The notes beneath the pieces were generated by a model, which did not search any database, was not told the origin of the DNA, and saw only the letters and a list, made by a program, of their open reading frames with translations. The translations under genes were made by a program, and so were the position numbers. DNA of 64,000 bases from NCBI RefSeq assembly GCF_009914755.1, contig NC_060925.1; one strand, 5' to 3'. Of this stretch, positions 12,261-26,449 are shown one piece after another; position 1 is the first letter of the stretch; each line of letters opens with the position of its first letter. This DNA comes from the human T2T-CHM13v2.0 reference genome, Homo sapiens.

Positions 12261-14844
12261 GGCCCTCAGACACAGGAATGTCAGAAGCCAGGGTGTCAGG
12301 GTCGGAGCTTCTTGAGGGAGGCAGCCTCAGTGCTTTCCTAGAAATGGACTTGGTATACCCTGAAAACATCCCTTCGGAGTGGCTCCGGCTAATGCTGGAG
12401 ACCACAGATTTCTCCTTGGTTGCTCAGCAAGCCTGGCATCTAAGGGGCTCTTTTAGAAACAGCATAAACAGACACTCAGGGCATCCTTTCTGCTCCATTC
12501 CATGCACTACAAATGGTAAGGCAATGACTATTAGAGCAGCAGCTGCTGCAGGCCAGCCAGCTCCTGCAAAGATAGACCAACTGCTGCTCCATCCTGCAGC
12601 CGGCTCCAGGCACTCAGATGGCAGAACTCCGTGATCTGGGTGGGGCCTCACCACTCTGAGACCACCCACACCTCTGTGGTCCTGGTTCCAAGTTCCTTCC
12701 AGGGCACTGTCCGTGAGGCCCTCCCTGGTCCAGCACAGCTCTGAGCCTCAGTTTCCACACATATCACTGGGCCTTTGGTCAGCTTCCCCTGCCACTGCCC
12801 CATCCAGCCTGCCTTCACCTCAGGTCCCATTCACTGCTCTGTCCCAGAATATGCACCGCTCTGTACCCAGAACATGCACATGGCCTGGCATATTCTGGGT
12901 ACTCAATAAGATTATTGAATGAATGAACACTTCTCACCTTGGAAGACAGGCATCATTACTGCCACAAGCAGCAGGGCCTCCCACGCAGTCTCCCCTGGGA
13001 GATTACCTGTATACTAATCCCCCTCTCAGGCTCTGCTCTGGGACACCCACCTAAACACCATTGTACAGGTGAGGAAACAGAAGCTTCAGAAAGGTAAAGT
13101 GACTTTCCCCCGGTCACACAGCACAGCAAGCCCTGGGGACTAGTTTTGGGGAAGAAGTTTCTCACCCTTTCTCTGCCTGGAGAGGCTGGTGGGTCATGAT
13201 GTCTGCTGGTCCCCAATATGAGTAAAGGAAGCAGCCCCACCTGGGCCTTGTGTCTAAGCCACATTTGTCATTCCAGCTGTACCATTAGCAAGGGGCACTG
13301 TGATCCTCATGGGGCCATGGGGTCTAGCTGTGAATGTGGTAAAAAGCTGGGGCAGGAGGGCTGAGTTTAGTCAAGGTTTGGCCACAGGCCCGTTGGAGGG
13401 AGGATGTCTTCCCTCGCCCACAGTCAGGCTCCTTCACAGCAACTCTCTTAACAAATGGTGTGATCACTCCGGGGGCAGGGTGGGCAGCCCCGGTCTGAAC
13501 CTCACATCTCATCTGGGCCCTCACTGGACACCTTGGGCCAACACAGAGGATACTTGGGCCAAGTTGGAAAACTGCTTGCAAGCACAGTACTTTCCAGCAG
13601 CCTATATAAATCTGGAGAAAAGGGGTTATTAAACCCTGGGAAATGGCAACTAAAGATACTATGTTCTTGGAAAAATTTCTAGAATTAAATTATCTGTGAG
13701 TTATCAAGAACGGAGCACAGATTGCAATTAACATCCCGGCTGCCTATGGGCGCTGGCCCTCACGGGGAACAGGAAGCTCACACAAGCCTCTGTTCACACA
13801 CGCCTCACGCCCCCCTGCTTCAACCCTCCTGCGGTCTCTGCAGCCCTGAAGACAAAGCCCAAGCTCCTCAGTCTGACATCTACAGTCCCCCATCACCGGG
13901 CCCCTGCCTGCCTCTTTGGCCTCCTCCATCACTCCATGCTCTGGGCCTCACACAACTCTCATCTCCAAGCTTTGCCTATGCTGGTCCCTCTCCTGGGACA
14001 CCCTTCCTGTCCTTTAGCACCTCGGTAGTTCTTATCAAGCTTTCCTCCCCACACGGGGCCCTAGTGTCCAAGTCCCCTCCTCTGAGCTCCTGCCTGTCTT
14101 CCCTCAGGGTATCCATCCCGTGGTTGGTTGTGTGACTTGGGTCACAAGTGGCTCTCCTTGTCTGGACTATGAGCACTTCCAGGGCAAGATTCCTGGCTGT
14201 GTGGCCAACACTCAGCACAAGGCAGGACATGGAGCAGGTGCTTGGTGAATGAATGCAGGATTGAGTGAATGAATGAACACACACAAACAGTGACACCCAT
14301 GCAGGAGCAGCACTGGGCTGGGATGGGTGCAGGAGGGGCTACACAGGAGGATTCTGTAATGCCCTCTGATTATGCCGCCCTGCGGGTCCCCTCTGTAAGA
14401 CACAGGGCACATGCACAGTCAGGAGGAGATCAAAGAGGGCCCCAAGGGGGTACAGTGGGCACGAACAACCAAAACCACTCTGCTCTTGTGTGTCCCCAGG
14501 GAAAGGACAGTCAAAGTCATCACTCCACACCGTGCTTGCTGCACCCCAGGGCTTAGCAAAACACCCTCAGAGGAGACAGACTTGCTTTCTCTGCCTCCTC
14601 ACCTCAGATGCCCACCGCCCCTTTCCTACCCGCCCCCCTCACCAGCTCCTGGAGACGTGTACCCCGGGTACTTCACACTCCACACTCAGCAAAGGCCCTG
14701 TTTCTGAGGCCAGGCTTCCTCCCTGATCCAGGCCCAGCCACATTGGGTGACTTCCTATCCTGGTCTCCTTCCCCAAATCCTCTCTCCTCCATCCTCCTCA
14801 ATGCCCCCTCCCAGATCCACACATCCTACTGGGGCATCAGATGC

Positions 14845-15010
14845 AGGGACAATCTCAGCTCCAGCACTAGCTGTGTGACCAAGCATACGTGACTTAACTT
14901 TGCTGTGTCCCATTTCCTCATCCATAAAAGAGAGAGAATAATACCTATTTTGCAGTGTGAGATGACCCATGTAAAACCCTCAAGCAATTCCTGGCAGATG
15001 GCCATGGTGA
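14845..15010 (+). mobile_element. MIR
   Basis: ctgtgtgacc...tttcctcatccataaaa...gagatgacccatgtaaaa matches the MIR core. Confidence 0.7.
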
Positions 15011-17529
15011 TCACTGAGCACAGCTGCCTCTTCTTCCAGCTAGTTAGCTAGTGCACCCCTGACCTCCCGCCTCCCCATCCACTGGGCCTCTCTGGCCCCC
15101 ACCTCCTCACTGCCCAGCTCAGATGCCTCTCCCTGTCCTTCTGGCCCTCTCAGCTGCTAGGCTGGTATAAACCCTGAGCAAAATGCATGGATCAGCTCCG
15201 CCTTCCTGGATTCCAGCTGCTAAGAAGGCAATGACCACAACGTGCACACACATATGCACACATACTCGTGCATGCATGCACAAACACACACGCCTGCATA
15301 CAGTCCACACCAGCACAGGCTCGAGGGCTCAACTCTGTACCCCACTCTCCTCAACCTAAGCCACCTGGTCTGCTGTGCAGTCAGTTTTCCCTCAAATGTC
15401 CCCCTCGGCTGCTTTCAAACTGCCCTTTTCTCCTCCAGCCCTTCTCATTCACATTCTAACAAGGCCCAGGTTCCCTCTGCTTCCACCAAAACCCTCCCTG
15501 ACCCCAGGGCTTTTCCTGATGGCTCCACTGCTCACCCCACCACACTGTCCCCTTGGCCACCCAATCTCTGTGCCTCACTTGCCCTGTTCTTCCTCCCTCC
15601 CCCAATAAATGCTGATGTCCCCTGTGGGTGCTCTCTAGCCCCCCATCTCACAGGCTAGCTCCTCCAGCCTCCCCCCCCACCATGCTTCTTAGTCTACCTT
15701 GAGGCTGACCACACCCCTCTCCTGCCTTAGGAGCTCCAGACTTGCGCATCCCCTATCCCCCTGGGGCCCTCTGGCTGACACCTCCCTATTCAGCATGCCC
15801 CAGATCAAGTCACAGCTTCCTCCCCAAGCTGCCAGGCCTGCACCAGCACCCACTCAATGAACCCAGGCCAGAGGCTGGAGCCCTCAACTGGGCTCCCCAC
15901 CCCACCCCATGCATCTAGCAGACTCCGCACTGCCTCCTGGTGACCTGTCCCTCCTGATTCTCTCTCTCAGATCAAGTCATTTCTGGAGCTGACAAACACG
16001 TGAGTCTTACTGGCTGCCCAGTTTCCCCATAGTAAGAACTATCACTCCTTGAGTGCGGGAAGTGAAGTTGTAAATAGGGAACACCTATGCCTCCCACAAA
16101 GCAGGGTCCAGCCCCTATCCACCTGAGGGCAGCCAGGCCTGGCCAGTGGGTTGCCCTGCTACAGCTGTGGCCCTGGAGCACAGAAGTGAGGATCCCATCA
16201 TGGTGTCTGGGTAGGCTCTAAGCTTGTGTGCCCCTGGAGGACCTGGGATCCTGCCTGTTTTGAGTCTGATCCTCTTCCCTTGGACAGATAGCCTGTGGTC
16301 CCTGGAGCCTGCCAATATATTTCTGAGTGGGGATGCAGGGCTCACTATGGCCAGGATTGGTTTCTGCTGCTTGTAACTAAGGAACCTGGCAGGTAGACGT
16401 TCTCTCCTCCTCTGCCACCACTCCAAGCGAGGCTTCGTTAACTCACACCCTGGCCCTTCCCCATGCCAGTGCCTCCTCCTGGAAGCCCTTTTATCTCCTC
16501 CACGATGCCATCCTGATCCCCCTACCCTAGGCCCAGGCTGATTGTTGCTCCTTCTCCTAGGCCCCATCATCCCCTGAGCACCTCCTTAAAGCAGGTAAAA
16601 GAAGAGGGCAAACAGTGTCACCCTCGGGGACCTTGGAGTCCACTAGGCTACAGACTCCTTGAGTAAAGGACTGCATCAGTCTCAAGTAATAGACTCAGAC
16701 TTGAAGTCTGCAAAGACAGGCTGCTTGCTATAGCAGCCTGAATCCCACTGGGTGATCGGGGTCAAGTTAATTAACTTCTCTGAATCTCAATGTCCTCTAC
16801 TGTAAAATGGGGATAATGACAGCTACCTCAGAGGGCTGACATATTGCTAGGCTAACAGCACCACACAGACTAGGACCTAGGTCCTTCACTACCAGTGTTT
16901 ACTTGCCCTTGGCTTTTCTCAAATAATAGTAGCATAGTTATTTGTGAAAATAAGGTCTATTGTTTTGTTCAGGGTCTCTGTATCATCACCTGTTAATAAT
17001 GAACTCTCTCATTTTTACAGCCTTCCTCCAGCCATCAGCTCATATGACTCACACATAAGACCTCGTAGGGATTAATATCCAGACAAAACTGCCCCCAGCA
17101 CACAAGCTGGCTGGTCTGCTTCCTTTCCCACTCAAAAAGAATCCTGTATCAACAAGTTGCCCTCTTTGCTTTGGCTACCAGGAAGCTCCAGGAAAATATA
17201 CGATTCAATCACGATAATTAAGTGAGCTTAGGTTTTCCAAGTATTTATGTCCTTTTCTCTAATCTATGTCAATTTAACTGCACATAGATCTTTTATTGTA
17301 ACTATCCATCATTTCTTAATGGAAAACAATAACTCAATGATAAGGAACAAAATCAACTGTAACAGAAGGGAGCAGAGTAGAACATTGCAACAGGATTTTC
17401 CTCCACCTACCCCTTTTCACAGAGGATGAAATTGAAGCCCAGAGAAGGGAAGGGGTGAAGAAAACATGTACCATTCTGCAAGCAGCCCCAGGATCTGCAG
17501 GCCTTGCTCTTGGGGCTGATTTTCTAGGA

Positions 17530-17735
17530 GACACAGCAGGCACAGAACCTACAGTCCATGATACTTCTAGGAACTCATGAAAATGTTTTAATTTAAAATC
17601 CAAAAAAAAAAAAAACAGTTTAGGTCAAAGAAAATGTGTTAATACATAATATGTTTTTCTTTATACCAATGCTGTCATAAAATATACTTTTAAATGTTTC
17701 TCATGGAGGAAAGGGCCCAAAGGCAGAGGTGCTGG
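17530..17735. mobile_element. hAT-type DNA transposon fossil (MER96B-like)
   Basis: gatacttctaggaactcatgaaaatgttttaatt...tttaggtcaaagaaaatg...catggaggaaagggccc resembles a recalled hAT MER consensus; family name uncertain. Confidence 0.55.
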
Positions 17736-19983
17736 AACTTGAGGACGTCAATGAGAAAGCCCCACTGGATTTACCATCTCACCAATGGGGACTGGACACT
17801 CCTATTGCCCCCTGCCCAGCTTCCTGGGGCCCAGGCCTACTCCATGCTTCTCTCTCTGACACAGATCCAAGGGCAACAACCTTCAGCATTCTCACGACCG
17901 TGCCAGGGGACATGAGGCCTTGCCAGGTGAATCTAATTTACCCTCTAGGTAACCACCTCAGACAGCTTTTGAAAGGCTGAAACCGCTGCTCAGGCTGTGG
18001 GAGGGGGATCCCATGGCTGATTTCACCAACCAGTTGTCAGGACAGATCTTCCTGGGTTCACAATATGGAGACAATTAAAGAGCTGGTGCTTCGAAGCCAT
18101 GAGCTGCCAACCTCCCGACAGAGGTGCTGACTGCAGGCATCATACCCTCTGTTCCTATCAGCTGGAGCTGGAAGCAGCCCTCACTCCTCAGGACCACACC
18201 TTGTCTTCCCCCAGTACGCAAGCTGTGCTTGCCGCGGGGGCAGCCATGGGGGCAGCCGTGGGGGCAGAGCTGGCCCAGGAAAACATCATCACACCCCAGG
18301 GTGTGGCAACGGGCTCAGAGGGAGAGGTGCACAGGGCAATCGCCTGCCCTGGGCTTTGTCACAGACCTCCCTGCCGCTCAGCCAGCTCCCTATCTCTCCA
18401 GTCCCAGTGTCTGCATTGGAAAGATAGGGCAATGGTCCCAATGACATGAGGTTATCGTAGGACTATACGGAGTAAAGGGCAGGTAAGCAATTGGACACGG
18501 TTATCATTTCCACTGAACAGGTAAGTAAACTGAGACCAGAACAAGGAAAATGCATGTGCAGCCACCGTCCTGATGAATAAGGGATCAGGTAAGGCCTGGG
18601 ATCAGAATCTTGATTCCAGGAGCCCCTGGGGCAGAGCCTAGGCCTCTTGAGGGGTGGCTATGCCTGCAGGCTTACCTGAACCCCATGCCACCTCTTACTG
18701 GCCATGGGACCTCCCCACATTCTGTCTTCTGCCCCCATGGGTAGAGCCATGAGCCGCAGAGCCCCTCCATCCTGACCTGGTTCCTGCACCCTCTTTCAGG
18801 GCTGGAGCCCCAGGCCGCTGCCCCAAGCCCTCCCTTTCCCGAGCCCTACAGGCCTCCCTACCTGTGAGGTTGGTATCTTCCTGTACACAAAGGTCAGGGA
18901 GTGAGGCAAGAGGACACCTTGAGCTCCTAGTGCTGATTCTTGATTTAGCAAAACCTCCCCAGAGGTTTTGTGCAGGTTAAGTGGAGAGATATGCTCCAAA
19001 TCCATGAAGAGCCCAAATTACACGTGACTGCTTTTGAGGAATCGCAGGAACTAATTAAGAGGCCTGGTCAGGGGTCCTCCAAGTTGAGCTCAATTTAAAA
19101 GAGGAGTCATCGCTGATGCTGACAGAGGGTACCCCAGAGCAGGGGGAGGCCAGGGGCTGGAATCCCAGCTCTTGATCTCTCTGGGCCTCAGTTTCCTCAT
19201 CCATAAAATGAGCGCATCACAAGATCCACTGAGAAAACATGGACGAAAGCCTTAGTCTGGCATATGGAAGAGAACACGTGCCTAACCAATGCCGCTTTCC
19301 TTCCTTCCTCACACTTTAAAATAGCTGTTTTTGGATGGTGGAATCATTTTTCCTGCTGCATTCTTGGCTGTTTCCATCCTTTTGTTATCAATTAATGCAA
19401 AATTGTACTCCTGCCCCACCTCTGTGCCCATGGTCATAAAAACAGAATCTGCAGAGATGGGCTTAATGATAAACAGCTGCTGCAGCAGCAGCTAATTACT
19501 GAGCATCTACTATGTGGAGGACTTGATCGTAAATTCCTTTCCAAGAGCGAAACAGTGTGGGAACCTGGATAAGAACGCCTCTCTGGGCCTCAGTTTCCAA
19601 ATTTGTGTTTCCAGTCGCAGCAGATGGTTTCTATGTTCCTGTCTGAATCTGACATTCCAGGAGCTGTGAACTGAGGGCATAGCCTCTCCTGTAACCTGAT
19701 AATGCCGATGAAGAAGGGAGGGAAATAGGGGTCAGGGGTAAGTGGGTGCTGAGCACCACTGGGTACTGGGCACTGGGCTGGCCTCCCTGGGCGGACAGTC
19801 CCAGCTAGGCTGACCCAGAAATACCTCTGGGACAGCAACCGTGCAGCCCTCAACACGACCCTGTGAGCTGCTGCAAAACCCCCCACTTCATAGGACAAGA
19901 GTCCTGACTCTCTGTCTGAGTCCTTTCTAGCATGTTCCATTCCTTCTGCCCCACTGAACCACTCTCCCCCTTTTTATTACTAA

Positions 19984-20340
19984 CATTCATTTATCTGTTG
20001 ATCACATATTGTGTATCGGGAACTGTTTGAGGCATTGGAGATACAGAGGGAACAAAACAAAAACATCTAGACTTTATGGAGCTCAAGTTTGACTGGAGGA
20101 CAGATCATAGACAAACACATAACAGGATTTCAGGTGGAATATAGGGGCAGACAGTGGCCAAAGGTGCTACTTTCGAGAGGCAGTCAGGGAAGGCCTCCTG
20201 GAGGAGGTGACATGGGAGCAGAGGTCAGGCTGGGGCAAGAGCATTCCAGGCAGACGGGGCAGCCATGTAAAGAGCCAGAGGTGGAAATGAACTTAGCATA
20301 TCTGAGGAACAGCCGGAACAGAGCAAGAGAGAGGAGTGTG
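19984..20340 (-). mobile_element. L2 LINE 3' fragment
   Basis: Starts cattcatt (reverse of the L2 gaatgaat tail), followed by ggagatacag...gggaaggcctcctggaggaggtgacat...gcattccaggcaga. Confidence 0.7.
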
Positions 20341-23300
20341 GAAGGAACTGGGGCCAGAGAGCTCAGGAGGGGCCCACACCTGCCCTTTCCATGCCCTCCA
20401 CCCCCTTCCTCCTCCCTAGGGTGTGCCAGGAATGCAGGAAAGTAACTATGGACATCTGAATGTCTGAGCTCACAGGATGGAGCTCAATGGAGTCCAAGTC
20501 TTCCATTTTATAGATGAGAAAACTGAGGACTCAGAGGGGTGGGATGACTTGCCCAGAACCACAGACAATTTGAATGCAGAGTTGGGGAGGGAACCTAGCT
20601 CTGAACCCCTGGCCTCACTGTCTCTACTTAGACTGTATCAGGGTCAGGAGACCTAGGAGGGCTTCCAACTTCATCTAATCCAAGTCCTAATCACATACAG
20701 AGGAACTAAGGCCCCACAGTCAGGTGGCTCCATGCAAATGAAGAAAGGTGGCTGGCAGAGCCAGGCAGTGGAAGCAGAGCTGGCACTGGTGCAAGCCTGT
20801 GTGGGTCTTTGCACAAGCCAGGCTTCCTCTGACCCTAACACCCACAGCAATCAGTCATCACACCTTCCCAATGCACTAAGAAGGTGTGACATTTGAAACT
20901 GGTTAAAGTCTCCCTGGAGCCTGCCCAGCAGCTCTTTGTGAATCAGACCCTGCTAGGAGGGAAGGTGATTTTGACACGTGTGGTCTACATGCACCGCCAA
21001 CCGTCTCCTGCTGTGTGACCTCCAGCAGGTCACCTCTCCGCCCTGGGTCTCAAGGCCCCATCTGTCAAAGGGTGTGGCAGGGGTTGGGAGGGGCATCAGA
21101 GGAGCTGCTGAACCTGGGAAATTTCCTCCCAGTGCACATGACAAGAGCCAGTGTTCTTCAGAATCTGGAAGGCAACACATGTAAGTGCTCACCGCAGGTG
21201 GTACTAGCACACAGGTGGTACTCAGCAGACTGTGGTGTCTAGCAGGCAGGACACTGGCTGGGAGTGAGGGATGCTGAGCTTGCCTCTTTCGCTCTGCAAT
21301 TTCCAGTGAGCCACATCCTCTCTATGGGCCTCAGTTTCCACATCTGCAAACAGCAAATGTGAAGATCCAGGCAGTCGGCCTTGTGGCCTAGCTGAGGCAC
21401 CTTCTGTTGTCCTGGACTCCTGTGGGAAGGAGGGAGGGGAGCAGGTAGAAGGGGTACTGGGGATCTTACGGAAGTATCTGAAGCACTCATTTTTTCTGCC
21501 TGTGGCCAGACTCTCTTAAGCTCCAATCACTGTCATGTTCACTGGCAACTCAGCCTGATCAGAAATGACCCCGTAAGCCAAACTGGCTCCCAAAACTTGG
21601 GGTTCAGCAGATGCTGGGAAGAATACACTCACATTTAAATGTGGTAGGCAACTAGGGACAGCGGGAAGATCATGGGGCAGAGCCAGGACCTGAGCTGGAG
21701 GCGCAGATGTAACACTGGCCAAGTAGCTTCCACTCTGTGCATTTCAGTGACCCCACTGTGAAACAGCAATCCAGCCACCGCCCTGTGCCTTCCCTGAGCA
21801 CAGGATCTAGCCATCAAAACTCTGCAGCCCAGGGCCCTGCCCAGGGCCTGACTGTTCCCCAGGAAGATACAAATGTTACTTTTGGCTTGAAAACTCTATG
21901 GCTTGGGGATCTGATAAAACAAAGGGGCTGCTAGATGGTTCATCAGTTGAACAGACACTCACTGGGTGCTCTGTGCCCAGCAGATGTCCCAGTCTTGCCC
22001 CCCAGAATGCAGAGTCCTGCAGAGACCTCCAGTCCCATTGCCCCATCCCCAGGAAACGTACCGCCCAGTACCACATTGTCCATCTGCTGTCTGAGCTTAT
22101 GCCCCAACATGGCAGGACCTATCAAGGGAAGTGGCTATACAGAGAGGGCAAGAGCAGGCTGCCTTCTAACAGGAGGCCACCTCCCAGCCATTTGGAAATT
22201 GCTACTTGCAAGGCAACAGAATCTCAGTGACAGATTCTCATTTTATCATTACCCACGTCACAAGAATGTATTGCGAGGAGGAGGGGCCGGGAAAGTCGGT
22301 GCCTTAATCACTTACAGACCACGGAGGCCCCAGTCCTGGCAGTGGAGGAAGATTTATTGTGGGGACGGGTGGAAAACAAAGAACAGTTGTGCAAACTTTA
22401 CGGAACCACATTATGGGATATGCTTTTCCCATTTCCCACTGGCAAATGTGCTGGAGGCAGTTTCCGAAGGAGGACCCAGCTCCATTACCCAAACATGTGC
22501 AGACACTGTGCCCCAGCACGACACACTAGGCTGACCTGGCCTGGCCCACGGGTGCCCAGGCGTTGGCAAGACTGGGTGCATGGTCCGAGGCCGGTGGATC
22601 TGTGGAAGAAGGGCTCCAGATTTGAGTGGACTGCCCTTCCTGAGCCCCAGTGTCCTCATCTGCCAATTGCCATGTACCCACCACACTAGCAACACTAAAT
22701 GTTACCTCTGCCCATATCACAGTCCTGTGTACAACTCTTCTGAGACTCTCTCCACTCCCTCGGGGCACAGTCCAATTTCCTTACACTAGACCTTGAGGCC
22801 CTTTGAGGCTCAATTCCGATGTTTCTGCCCTCAGCCCCCATGCAGGTAATTCACTTCAAGACCAAAAGGACACCTATGTTCCCCACAAGGTCAAGACTAT
22901 CACATGTCAAAACCTTCACGTGTGCTGTTTCCTTTCCCTGCAATGGGTCTTCTCATGGTCTACACCTGGAAAGTGCCCACCCACCTGTCAGAGCCCAGCT
23001 CTCATGACATCCTGAGGAAATCCTTCTCCCTCCTCTGTGTCAGAGGCATTTGGTTAATTCATTTGCCACCAGACCATTCTTCCTTTGACACTGTACTCCT
23101 TGCTTCTAGCACTGAACTTGGCACAAGGGGGTGTCAAGCTGTGTTGAAAGGTTGGTGGCCAGGTGGGGGTGGACAATACAGATTAGCCCAAGGCTGTCTC
23201 CCAAGGGAAGGGCACAGTTAAGGAAGGACTCTAAAGAAGGGCCTCTTCTCCTCAGCATCTCGGTCTTGGTGTGTCCAAGGTGACCGAGACCTTAGGGGTT

Positions 23301-23789
23301 ACCTGGCCCATCCCCCATTTAACAGACGAGAACAGGATGCTGAGGTCTGCAGCTGCAGCCATCCAAGTGAGCACACAAAGCCAGCTCTGGCAACCCCATC
23401 TGTTATCCAGCAGAGACAGAGTCTATAAATTCTCAGTTACGAAGTTTGCCATTTCCAGGATGGCCCTCTCAGAAAACATGGTCTGGACACCTTCTTAAAG
23501 TCACTGTTGATTTTATCTGACATTCTCACTCCAGTAAGACAATCATTTCAATTCCATTTACATTAAGTTCAAAAGCTTTTTCCTTTATTAGTTTAAATTC
23601 AATTCAAATAGTTGTGTTTTTTATCCTTAATTTTTTTTCATATTCCATAAAGCAATGTTGGGCTCACAAAACTTGGCCAGCCCTCCTGTTCCCTCAAATT
23701 TGGTGCTCCTGGGAATTCTCTTCCCTGTGAGAGCTTGGGACTAACGACTTCAAAAAATGGGGAGGTGGGGGAAGGAACAAGGGCTCCTG

Positions 23790-23965
23790 TTTTCAAGCAT
23801 CTAATATGCGCCAGGCACGAGGTAAGTGCTACACATATATGATCTCATCTAGTTCTCACAACACTCTCCCCTCCACGCAGACAGGAAACCAAGGCTCAGA
23901 GATGCCACGTGACTTGTCTTGAGGTCTCACAGCTGGTTAAGGGCAGAGTAAGGGATTTGAACCTT
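23790..23965 (-). mobile_element. MIR
   Basis: atgcgccaggcac...ctcacaac...ggaaaccaaggctcagaga...ggatttgaacc. Confidence 0.7.
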
Positions 23966-26449
23966 AGTGGTTGTCCTGTGTGTTTAGCCATTGGTCCACC
24001 CTGGCTCAGAATTTAAGTAAGAAGGGAAAGGGGTGGGGGGTCAGGGATGGAGATAAGTAGAAATGGGGGATGGGGAATGGGGGTGAAACAGGGCAGGGTG
24101 GGGATGGAGGTGGAAGTGAGGTGGGGGTGGGCTGTGGAGCAGGGAAGGAGGGCATCCAGCAAAGCTGCAGGCTGAGGCCTCAAGACCAGGAACTACATTT
24201 GGGGAGCACATAGCCAACCTGTTCCATTCCTGATGGGGAATCTAACCGGGAGGAACACACCTGTGAAAGTGCCCTGTCTGTACTCAGAGGCCTGGCTGCA
24301 GGCAGGAGTACTGGAATGGGAGTCAGAGACTCAGCTTCAGCCCAGCAGCCCTGACTAGGGCAACAGTGCCCCTCTGCAGAGCACTCTGCAGGTACAGAGC
24401 ACAGCCCCTCCACCCCCTACAGAAACTTCTGGGGTGAGCATCACAGCTCCCATTTTACAGATGCAAAAACAGACTTGGGAGTGAAGTGTCTTGTCCAAGG
24501 CTGCATGGCTAGTGAGCAGCAGAGCTGGGATGAGTCTCCAACTCCATCTATCTCCAGTCCCTCTTGTCCTTCCCCAGGCAAGTTATTTCCATCTGGGGAC
24601 TCAGTCTCCCCTCTGCACAGTGGCTGGTGGGGGACGAGGCTCTGACCTAATTGCAAGGCCAGAGAACTGGAAGGACACTGGCTTCCAGGAAGCCTCTCCT
24701 TGTTAAGCCCAAGCCCCCTGGGTTTGCTTTTCCAAAACAGGGGAGGAAGAAAAGCATCCCAATGTAAGCCAAGATCTGTGGAGCTAAACCCCGGGCTCAA
24801 GAGAAGAAAGGACATTGGCATCTGTTGAGCCCCTACTAAACACTGTCTACTGCAGACTCTGACTGCTAGGCACTATCCCATTTCACAGTGCAGGAAACTG
24901 AGGCTCAGCACAGCCAAGCGACGCATCCAAGGTCACAGAGCCAGCCCATGGCAGAGCTGGGACTTCCAACAGCCTTTTCTGTTTCTTTGGGGACATTCGT
25001 GACTGAACAGCCACTATCCATTTTAGACTTTCCCTTTTCTCTTTCGCAAATGCAAACTGTCCAGAACGGCCAGGACCATTCTGATATACTTACTGTGTGC
25101 CATTGTCTAGTTTCTCATCAAAGCCTCACAACAGTCCTATTACCCCAATTTCATAGGTAAGAAAACCGAGGCTTATAGAAGTCAAGCTATACTTGTACAC
25201 AATCACAGGCTGAGGGGTGGCAAAGCTAGGTTTCAAATTCAGGCTTTCTTGCAGAAAAACTTCAAGCACCAGATTAGGGGGTAGACGTGACAGTCTTTAA
25301 AGTCCCACCAATGTTGTGACTTCATGGGAAACTACTCAGGAAGACAGGGTCCGGGCAACCTCACACAGCCTTGGAACAGAGAGAACAGATAATCACAGGG
25401 CAGAGCCTCTGTCCTAGGGAGGGGACTCAGCTCCTCCACAATGAAGGCCAGGCCAGGCACTGAAGGGCATGTGGTCCCCCAGACACTTGGCCATGTTAGG
25501 AACCACTGTTACACACAGCGCAACACATGCTGGGAGAACAGGAGGCACAGAGAAAGGGGGAGCTAAGGAGGGAGCACTGAACTGAGTTGTGAAGGATGTA
25601 TAGGAGTTTGCCAGGCTAGGAAAGGCATTCTAGACAAAGGAATCAGCAAAAGCCAAGACCCAAAGGATTTAAAGGACCTGGAGAATGCAGACTCTCTAGG
25701 AATTCAGGAGGAGAGGAAGCTTCAGGGCAGGAAGAAATAAAGCAGGCATCCCTGGGTTGCTGTTAATGTACCGGATGACATGAGGCCATGGTGCCTGCTC
25801 TCTGGGCTTCAGCTTCCCCACCTAATAATGAGGGTAGACATGAGAAGTGACATGATCCCAGGAAGGATCATTAACGAGGACACTTCTGGATGCCAACTTG
25901 CAAGCTGACTTTGCCCAAAACAGGTCTCCTTCCCAGATCCATCCAATCCTAGATTGAGTTGAGGCAAGTTGAGGATAGACTTGGTGGCTTGAGTGGGTGG
26001 GACCACTTGGCCTCTCTGGCCTCATTTACAGCAGGATTCTCCAGGGCAGCTTTTTGATTTGACCAGAAACCCCAGCCTCCAGGAAGGGAGCTTGTTTCCA
26101 GGCGACTATTCTAATGAGAGTGAAATGTTTTACTTTTCAACCCATGAGGTGTTCTCTACTCCAAGACAGAACAAAGAACCCATCAAGTCAGCAGGCAACA
26201 GGCTCTCAAGGTGACTGGGTGCTGGCTTCTTGAGAAAAATAGTTACATGCAATATCCATTTACTTCCCCACTCGACTGAGGGCTCCTTGAGACCAGGCAG
26301 GATTTGATTCCCTTCTGTGACCCCAGGACCCAGCCAGGGGGCACACAGCAGGTGCTTAGTGACAGCTTGCTGAATGAGTTTCAGATCTGGATATTCTCTC
26401 AATGTTTGTAAACAGACTGATGATTCTGTGCCTGGGAGGTGGCTTGGGG

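Noticed and set aside
21935-22534. 199-aa + strand ORF
   Set aside because: No recognisable domain or splice context; ORFs of this size arise by chance in GC-rich intron.
26328-26345. CTCF-like cagccagggggcac
   Set aside because: Mismatches at key core positions and lies in an L2 fragment; cannot be supported.
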